From positions 4,243 to 68,242 of the forward strand of contig JBBQCI010000008.1 of assembly GCA_038318565.1 (NCBI GenBank): DNA of 64,000 nt, read 5' to 3'. Under the pieces are notes generated by a model. That model made no database searches. It saw only the letters and a list, made by a program, of their open reading frames with translations, and was not told where the DNA came from. Made by a program: the position numbers and the translations under genes. Positions 57,958-64,000 of the stretch are shown piece after piece. Source of the DNA: Planctomycetota bacterium. GTDB lineage: Bacteria; Planctomycetota; UBA11346. The first letter of the stretch is position 1. Each line of letters opens with the position of its first letter.

Positions 57958-60471
57958 GTGACCCCTCTTCCCATTGATCAGCATATCCCGCAGGCCATCG
58001 CCGGCCTGCGCGAGCGGGGCGCATTGGTTCTGGTCGCCGATCCCGGGGCCGGCAAAAGCACCCGGCTGCCGCCCGCCTTGCTCGAACACATCGACGGCGA
58101 CATCCTGCTGCTGCAACCCCGGCGCATCGCTGCGCGCAGCCTGGCCACCCGCATCGCCAGCGAGCGCGATGAGCGACTCGGCGAAACAATCGGTTACGCC
58201 GTACGGCACGAACGCGTCGGTGGCCGCACCACCCGGCTATGGGTCATCACCGAAGGGCTGCTGACTCGCCGACTGGCCGAAGACCCGCTACTAGAAGGGG
58301 TCGGCTGCGTCATTCTCGACGAATTCCACGAACGCAGTCTGCACGCCGATCTCGCCCTGGCCTGGTGTGCCCAGTTGCGCCATGAATTGCGGCCGGATCT
58401 ACGACTCATCGCCATGAGCGCGACGATGGATCCAGGTCCGGTCGCCGCCTGCTTGGGAAATGCGGCCGTGGTGCAGGTCGCGGCACCACGTTTCCCAGTG
58501 CAGATGGCCGAGGGCCGACCGGGCGATGTGCGCAACCTTGCTGAACGCGTTGCCGAGTGCGTACAGCGTGAGATTGAACGTGCCGACGCCGGCGATCTCC
58601 TGGTCTTCCTACCCGGGGCTGGCGAGATCCGCGGGTGCGCCGCCGCGCTCGCGCATCGCGATGACATCATTGTTCTGCCATTGCATGGCGCCCTACCGGC
58701 CGACGAACAGGATCAGGCCCTGCGCAGCAATGAGCGCCGCAAGGTCGTCCTAGCGACCAACGTCGCCGAGACCTCGCTGACCATTCCTGGCGTCCGCACC
58801 GTAATTGACGCCGGACTGCAACGCATCAATCGCTTCGATCCGGAGCGCGGACTCGACGAACTTACTTTGGAATCCTGTTCACGCGCCAGCGCCGACCAAC
58901 GCGCCGGCCGCGCTGGGCGTACGGCTCCTGGCCGCTGCGTGCGGTTATGGTCACCACTGACCCAGGCCCGCATGGCCGAGACCAGCGAACCAGAGATCGC
59001 CCGCGCCGACCTCGCCCCGTTCATTCTCGCACTCAAACAACTGCATGGGGCCGACGCCCGCACCTTCCCCTGGTTCCAAACGCCCGAACCAGGCCGGCTG
59101 GAAGCCGGAGAGCGACTGTTAGCCGCCCTCGGCGCCTGCAGCGCCATGTGGCAGCCGCTGACCGCCCTGGGTGTCAGGCTGGCCCGGCTGCCGGCCCACC
59201 CACGAGTGGGCCGGCTGTTGCTGGCGGCGGCCGACGCCGGCGAGCCGCAACTCGGAGCGCAACTCGCCGCGGTCCTGTCGGGTCGCGATCTGCGCCGGCC
59301 ACCCCGCCGCGACGATCCGCCGGCGGATGCTGCCGCCTCTGACCTGATCGACCGGCTCGACCTGCTGCAACGCGCACCGCGCGATTCCGGAGTTGATCAG
59401 GGGGCGGTGTTCGAGGCGCGCCGCACGGTCGGGGACTTCCTCCGCCTGATCGGGGGCAAGCCAGGCGAATTCAAGCTGCCGCACCATGAACTGCTCGCAG
59501 GCCTCTGCCTCAGCGCCTGGCCCGACCGTTTGTGCGTCCGGGCAGCCCCGGACGCCAACCGCGCCGCGATGTCCGGCGGCATCGGGGTCGAGCTCGATGG
59601 CTCGGCACTGTGCGCCCGCAAGGGTCACCCACGCGAACCACTGTTCCTCGCCCTCGGCGTGCAAGGCGTCAGCTCTCCGGGTCGCGCCTCGGTGGCCGTA
59701 CGCATCGCCTGCGCCGTTGACGAGGCCGATCTGCAGGCGATCCATCCTGGTCGCCTGCAGCGTCGCGACCGCCTGACCTGGGATGCCGCACGCGGCCGCG
59801 TCGAAAGCACCGCCGGATGGTGGTGGGACGACCTGTTGCTGAAGGCCAGTCCCGGTGCCCAGGCCGACCCCGCTGTGGTGTCGGCATTTTTGGCTGAACG
59901 CCTGGTTCCCGATGCCGTCGCCGTGGTCCGCGCCGATGCCGAAGCAGCCCGGCTGCTCGACCGGCTGCACTGGTTGACTGCGGCCGCACCCGACATGGCA
60001 CCGTCCGTACCCGATCTCGCCCAGCTCGTACGCGATGCCTGCGACGGCTGCCGCAACCGCGGCGAAGTCGAACAGAAGCCATGGAAGGACTGGCTGCTCG
60101 GCCACCTCGGCAGGCAGGGATCAGCAGCGCTCGATCGGCTCGCGCCAGACCGTCTCGCAGTACCCAGCGGTTCGCTCATCCGGCTCGACTACGGCGAGCC
60201 GGGAAAGCCGCCGGTCCTGGCGGTACGTCTACAGGAACTATTCGGCCTCGACGTCACTCCGACCGTCGCGGATGGACGTATCCGCGTGCTGCTGCATCTG
60301 CTTGGCCCGAACTACCGGCCGGAACAGGTCACCGACGATCTCGCCGGATTCTGGCAGCGGACCTATCCGCAGGTGCGCAAGGATCTGCGTGGCCGATATC
60401 CGAAACACAGCTGGCCTGACGATCCGCTCACCGCCCCGGCAGTAGCCAAGGGCCGGCCGCGGAACGCCTGA
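57958..60471 (+). CDS. hrpB: ATP-dependent helicase HrpB
   Basis: PGAGKST, QPRRIAAR, DEFHERSL, MSAT, ATNVAETSLTI, QRAGRAGR, C-terminal 'LRGRYPKHSWPDDP'. Confidence 0.95.
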   Translation: MTPLPIDQHIPQAIAGLRERGALVLVADPGAGKSTRLPPALLEHIDGDILLLQPRRIAARSLATRIASERDERLGETIGYAVRHERVGGRTTRLWVITEGLLTRRLAEDPLLEGVGCVILDEFHERSLHADLALAWCAQLRHELRPDLRLIAMSATMDPGPVAACLGNAAVVQVAAPRFPVQMAEGRPGDVRNLAERVAECVQREIERADAGDLLVFLPGAGEIRGCAAALAHRDDIIVLPLHGALPADEQDQALRSNERRKVVLATNVAETSLTIPGVRTVIDAGLQRINRFDPERGLDELTLESCSRASADQRAGRAGRTAPGRCVRLWSPLTQARMAETSEPEIARADLAPFILALKQLHGADARTFPWFQTPEPGRLEAGERLLAALGACSAMWQPLTALGVRLARLPAHPRVGRLLLAAADAGEPQLGAQLAAVLSGRDLRRPPRRDDPPADAAASDLIDRLDLLQRAPRDSGVDQGAVFEARRTVGDFLRLIGGKPGEFKLPHHELLAGLCLSAWPDRLCVRAAPDANRAAMSGGIGVELDGSALCARKGHPREPLFLALGVQGVSSPGRASVAVRIACAVDEADLQAIHPGRLQRRDRLTWDAARGRVESTAGWWWDDLLLKASPGAQADPAVVSAFLAERLVPDAVAVVRADAEAARLLDRLHWLTAAAPDMAPSVPDLAQLVRDACDGCRNRGEVEQKPWKDWLLGHLGRQGSAALDRLAPDRLAVPSGSLIRLDYGEPGKPPVLAVRLQELFGLDVTPTVADGRIRVLLHLLGPNYRPEQVTDDLAGFWQRTYPQVRKDLRGRYPKHSWPDDPLTAPAVAKGRPRNA

Positions 60472-60477
60472 ACGTAG

Positions 60478-61764
60478 TCAGTGCGGCAGATGCCGTTCGA
60501 ACAGCGCCGCGAGGATGCCCGGCGTAGCGATAACCTGGCTGCCGGCAGCGTCCGGGTGAATGCCATCCGGGACTACTGCGTCCCAGCGCTGTGCGTCCCG
60601 ACTGCGCAATGCCTCCCAGGCCGGCAACAAGTCGATAAGCGGCAGCTTGGCCGACGTCGCGAAACGTCGATACATCGCCATGTAATCGGAGAACTTCGGG
60701 CGTTTATTCGCATGCTCGCGAGTCGGCTGGTTCATCGTCATGAGCACTACCTCGCACTGAGGCAAGGCTTTGCGGATGCGAGACACCATGGTGGCCAGAT
60801 TCTTCTCTGCCTGGTCAACCGATGTGGCATACTCCAGATAGGCGTCATTGATGCCGAATTCGATCAATACAGTGTCGGGCTTCTTGGCGATCACCCGCTC
60901 GTCGAGATGTTCGACTCCCCACGTCGACCACATCCCACCCTCCCCGCTATTGGTCACCGTTAGCAGACCTGGAAATCGCCGAGAAATGTCAGCCTGAACC
61001 TGGCCGACCCAGGCTCCTCCGGCGGTCAGGCTGGTGCCATAGACGACCAGATGCTGGGGCTTGGCGGCCGACAGCTGTGCGGCGAGTCGGCTTGGAGGCG
61101 GCAGCCTGCTCAACAACTTGGCCTTCTTGAGCGCCGCGTGGATCGCGGTCGCCATGGTCGCAGTAGCGGCAGCATCCGGATGGATGCCGTCAGCGCAGGA
61201 TGGACCGAGCTTTGACATTGATCGATTGAGATCAATGAGCGGCCATCTGGCAGCAGTCGCAACCTGACGGACGGCTGGAGCAAGGTCGTTTGCAATAGCC
61301 AACGGATCGACGGTGTGGTTGGCCCGAAATGCCGGCAGCGGCGTGCACAGGATGACCATCGGCATACTAGGCAAGGACGCAAAACGATGGCCCATGACGG
61401 CCAGATCGGTTGCAAATGCACCGCGTTTGGCGGCGTTCGCCGAACGCGCGTCATTGGTGCCCAGCATGATCAACACCACATCTGGCGCAAAAGCCATGGC
61501 TTCGGCGTCCTGTGGCGAACCGGTATAGGGCGTGTCGCCAGCGAGGATGCAGGTCGCGCCCCCACGTCCGAAATTGCTGACCACAGCGCTGCGACCGAGG
61601 GTCTGCTGCAGTCGGGCCGGCCAGGTCTCGTTGGCCTTGTCAGCCAATACCGTGCCCTCCGTGATGCTGTCACCGACACATGCGATGCGCAGCACTTCAC
61701 CACCGTGGGCCTGGGCGCATGCCACCACCCCGAGAATGACGACAGCGATCACGAAGATGGCCAT
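60478..61764 (-). CDS. Secreted protein with two tandem SGNH/GDSL hydrolase domains
   Basis: Domain 1: GDSIT, LGTND, DGIHP. Domain 2: GTSLT, FGIND, DGIHP. Confidence 0.88.
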   Translation of the reverse strand: MAIFVIAVVILGVVACAQAHGGEVLRIACVGDSITEGTVLADKANETWPARLQQTLGRSAVVSNFGRGGATCILAGDTPYTGSPQDAEAMAFAPDVVLIMLGTNDARSANAAKRGAFATDLAVMGHRFASLPSMPMVILCTPLPAFRANHTVDPLAIANDLAPAVRQVATAARWPLIDLNRSMSKLGPSCADGIHPDAAATATMATAIHAALKKAKLLSRLPPPSRLAAQLSAAKPQHLVVYGTSLTAGGAWVGQVQADISRRFPGLLTVTNSGEGGMWSTWGVEHLDERVIAKKPDTVLIEFGINDAYLEYATSVDQAEKNLATMVSRIRKALPQCEVVLMTMNQPTREHANKRPKFSDYMAMYRRFATSAKLPLIDLLPAWEALRSRDAQRWDAVVPDGIHPDAAGSQVIATPGILAALFERHLPH

Positions 61765-62537
61765 CAGATGCCAGTCATCACATGCCCACCACAAACCGGC
61801 AGCCAAGCGCCAGAGATGAAGTCGGCCAGATCACTAGCTAAGAATGCGACGGCCTGAGCGATGTCGTTATCATCGCCGCGGCGGCGCAGTGGGATCTCAG
61901 CCTCGTAAGCTGGCTGACTGGCACCGCCGGCCTCGCCACGATAGCGGTCGCTGACCATCCAGCCCGGAGCAACCTGGTTGACGGTGATGCCGTCAGGTCC
62001 CAGCTCTTTGCACAGCACGCGGAACACGCCATCCATGCCACGCTTGCCGGCGGCATAGGCACCCTGGTTGGGATTGCATTGGGTCGCGCACTCGGTGCTG
62101 ATGCCGATGATGCGGCCCTTCTTGCGTTTCTGCATTGCCGGGGCGAAGGCCTTAGCCAGCAGCACAGCTTGCACCACGCAGCTGCGGTACTGGCCGTCGA
62201 AATCAGCGATCGACTGCTCCAACACCGAGGTCCAGGTGTACTGGATGACGGCGTTGGCGACGATGATCTCGGGCTCGCCGAGCTTCGTGCCGATCGCCGC
62301 CGCCATGGCCCGGACCGATCCTTCGTCGGTCAGATCCGCGGGGAATGCCTCGGCTGTTCCGCCATCGGCGCGGATCGCAGCGACCACCTTGGATGCCTCC
62401 TCTGGCCGGCTGCGGTAGTGCACCGCGACCTTGGCGCCACAGGAGGCGAGGGTGCGCGAGATGACCCGGCCGAGGTCGCCGGAGGCACCAGTGACCAGCG
62501 CGGTGCGTCCGGACAGATCAAGCGCGAGCATGCTCAT
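61764..62537 (-). CDS. SDR-family oxidoreductase
   Basis: TGASGDLG, YAAGK, VNQVAPG. Confidence 0.9.
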   Translation of the reverse strand: MSMLALDLSGRTALVTGASGDLGRVISRTLASCGAKVAVHYRSRPEEASKVVAAIRADGGTAEAFPADLTDEGSVRAMAAAIGTKLGEPEIIVANAVIQYTWTSVLEQSIADFDGQYRSCVVQAVLLAKAFAPAMQKRKKGRIIGISTECATQCNPNQGAYAAGKRGMDGVFRVLCKELGPDGITVNQVAPGWMVSDRYRGEAGGASQPAYEAEIPLRRRGDDNDIAQAVAFLASDLADFISGAWLPVCGGHVMTGI

Positions 62538-63286
62538 GCGCACACAGCCTGGTGGCCACCGTCGACGCGAACGGTGACGCCGCTGACGTACGCTGCACCG
62601 TCAGAGGCCAGGAACACGACGACATTGCCGATATCCTCTGGGGTGCCAATGCGGCCAACTGGCACGCGGGTCTTGATGAAGGCGGCGGGTTCAGGCTTCA
62701 ACCAGTGGTGTTTGGTCATATCGGTTAGAATCATACCCGGCGCAACCGCGTTGCACGTAATGCTATGTTTGCCCAGGGCGGTGGCGAAACCAACCATCGT
62801 CATGCGCATGCCGGCCTTGGAGGCGCCGTAATCGACCTGCTGTGGGCCGGTGACGTTCTCGGACAGCGAGGTGACCATGACCACGCGGCCGCCGCCGCCA
62901 CGCTGGATCATGTGACGGGCCACCGCCTGGGTGCACAGGAAGGCGCCGTTGCAGTTGATGTCCATGGTCCGCCGCCAGGTCTCTTCGCTCATCTCCATGA
63001 CTTCCTGGAACGGGCAGATGCCAGCGTTGTTGACCAGGACGTCGATGCGGCCGGCCTTGGTCACCGCGTCGGTGACCATCTGCTCGACCTCGGCGCGCTT
63101 GGACACGTCGCAGCGCAGACCAAACGAGCTCTTAGCTCCCAGCTGGTCGAGCTCGGCAGCGGACTTCTCGGCGGCGGCGAGATCGACGTCGGCGATAACC
63201 AGACGGTCGCCGAGCCGGGCGAAGCATGTGGCGATGCCGAAGCCGATCCCGCGGGATCCTCCGGTGACAATGACGGTACGGGGCAT
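62534..63286 (-). CDS. SDR-family oxidoreductase
   Basis: TGGSRGIG, NNAG, YGASK, NAVAPG, VDGG. Confidence 0.92.
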   Translation of the reverse strand: MPRTVIVTGGSRGIGFGIATCFARLGDRLVIADVDLAAAEKSAAELDQLGAKSSFGLRCDVSKRAEVEQMVTDAVTKAGRIDVLVNNAGICPFQEVMEMSEETWRRTMDINCNGAFLCTQAVARHMIQRGGGGRVVMVTSLSENVTGPQQVDYGASKAGMRMTMVGFATALGKHSITCNAVAPGMILTDMTKHHWLKPEPAAFIKTRVPVGRIGTPEDIGNVVVFLASDGAAYVSGVTVRVDGGHQAVCA

Positions 63287-63295
63287 GATGGCCTT

Positions 63296-64000
63296 TCAGT
63301 GAGGGCGGTTGGATTGATTGCGGCCGGCGAAGGACGTTTGCCACGGACCAACCGGCGATTCAGCCATCGGGAGGACTCGTCGATCGAACGTTTCGACTGG
63401 CCGATTCCATGGGTTGAGGTGCGTTGCCGAGGAGCCGACGTAGTGGCAGATGAACGAGCGGCGGAATCGATCGCGACTACGGTTCGGTCCTGAGCCGTGG
63501 ATCACCGAGCCGCCGAAAAACAAGACGTCGCCCGGCTCCAGCACAGGCGCGACTACTGCCAGGTCCACCGGCACGTCAACGCCGTCGTCGGCGAAATAGG
63601 TCTTCAGGTCCGCCTGTCTGACCGGCAGCAGAGGCAGACGATGCGAACCAACCGCCACGCGCAGGCCGCCATTCTCGTCGTCAACGTGATCGACGGCAAC
63701 CCAGGCGGCGATGCAGTTTCCTGGCGCGGTACGTAGGTAGAAGTCGTCCTGATGCATGTCCTGGCCACGCGCGCCCGGCGGCTTGAAATAAAACATACTC
63801 TGGACGGCGCATGGCTCCTCGCCGAGGAATGTAGCAAGATAGGGGCGCAGACGCAGATCGAAGAGGAGTCGCTCACTGAGTCGGCCAATCTCCAGCGTCA
63901 GATGGTGATGTAGCATGAGCATGCGCGGATGGCGCTTGAGCGGATCGTTCTCGCCGAAGTTATGGAACTCGTCGTACAACTGCGGCACCGGTCCGAGTGC
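63296..64000 (-). CDS. Phytanoyl-CoA dioxygenase (PhyH) family protein, 5' end outside window
   Basis: 'FKPPG..GQDMHQD', 'WVAVD.VD.ENGGL...GSH', 'GDVLFF....IHGS..N.S...RR'. Confidence 0.88.
   Translation of the reverse strand, partial: ALGPVPQLYDEFHNFGENDPLKRHPRMLMLHHHLTLEIGRLSERLLFDLRLRPYLATFLGEEPCAVQSMFYFKPPGARGQDMHQDDFYLRTAPGNCIAAWVAVDHVDDENGGLRVAVGSHRLPLLPVRQADLKTYFADDGVDVPVDLAVVAPVLEPGDVLFFGGSVIHGSGPNRSRDRFRRSFICHYVGSSATHLNPWNRPVETFDRRVLPMAESPVGPWQTSFAGRNQSNRPH

Overview
GC-rich chromosomal window from a diderm bacterium. Planctomycetota is likely, inferred from gene content and not confirmed. It is mostly housekeeping: ribF, tldD/pmbA, panD, nusA-infB-rbfA-gpsA, aroK, ruvA, amtB, purH, eno, a stand-alone dnaA homolog, recN and hrpB. 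These are interspersed with carbohydrate-utilisation genes (AraC + GH2, a pectate-lyase-3-like beta-helix protein, a deleted GH106 relic, SDR/SGNH/PhyH genes), a PilGHI-like ABC module and a porin/PBP/two-component module. An SRP (4.5S) RNA with a UGAC tetraloop lies at about 15117-15217. No CRISPR array, rRNA, tRNA, transposase or prophage was seen. The most striking locus is 7446-14979. There an 1111-aa ScpA (condensin kleisin) continues in frame through a ~500-aa mostly low-complexity linker into a transmembrane helix and Ig-like extracytoplasmic domains. Immediately upstream is a lipoprotein built from ~20 tandem 18-residue amphipathic helical repeats. This is a candidate envelope-anchored chromosome-organisation system. 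All calls come from motif reading; no database searches were run.
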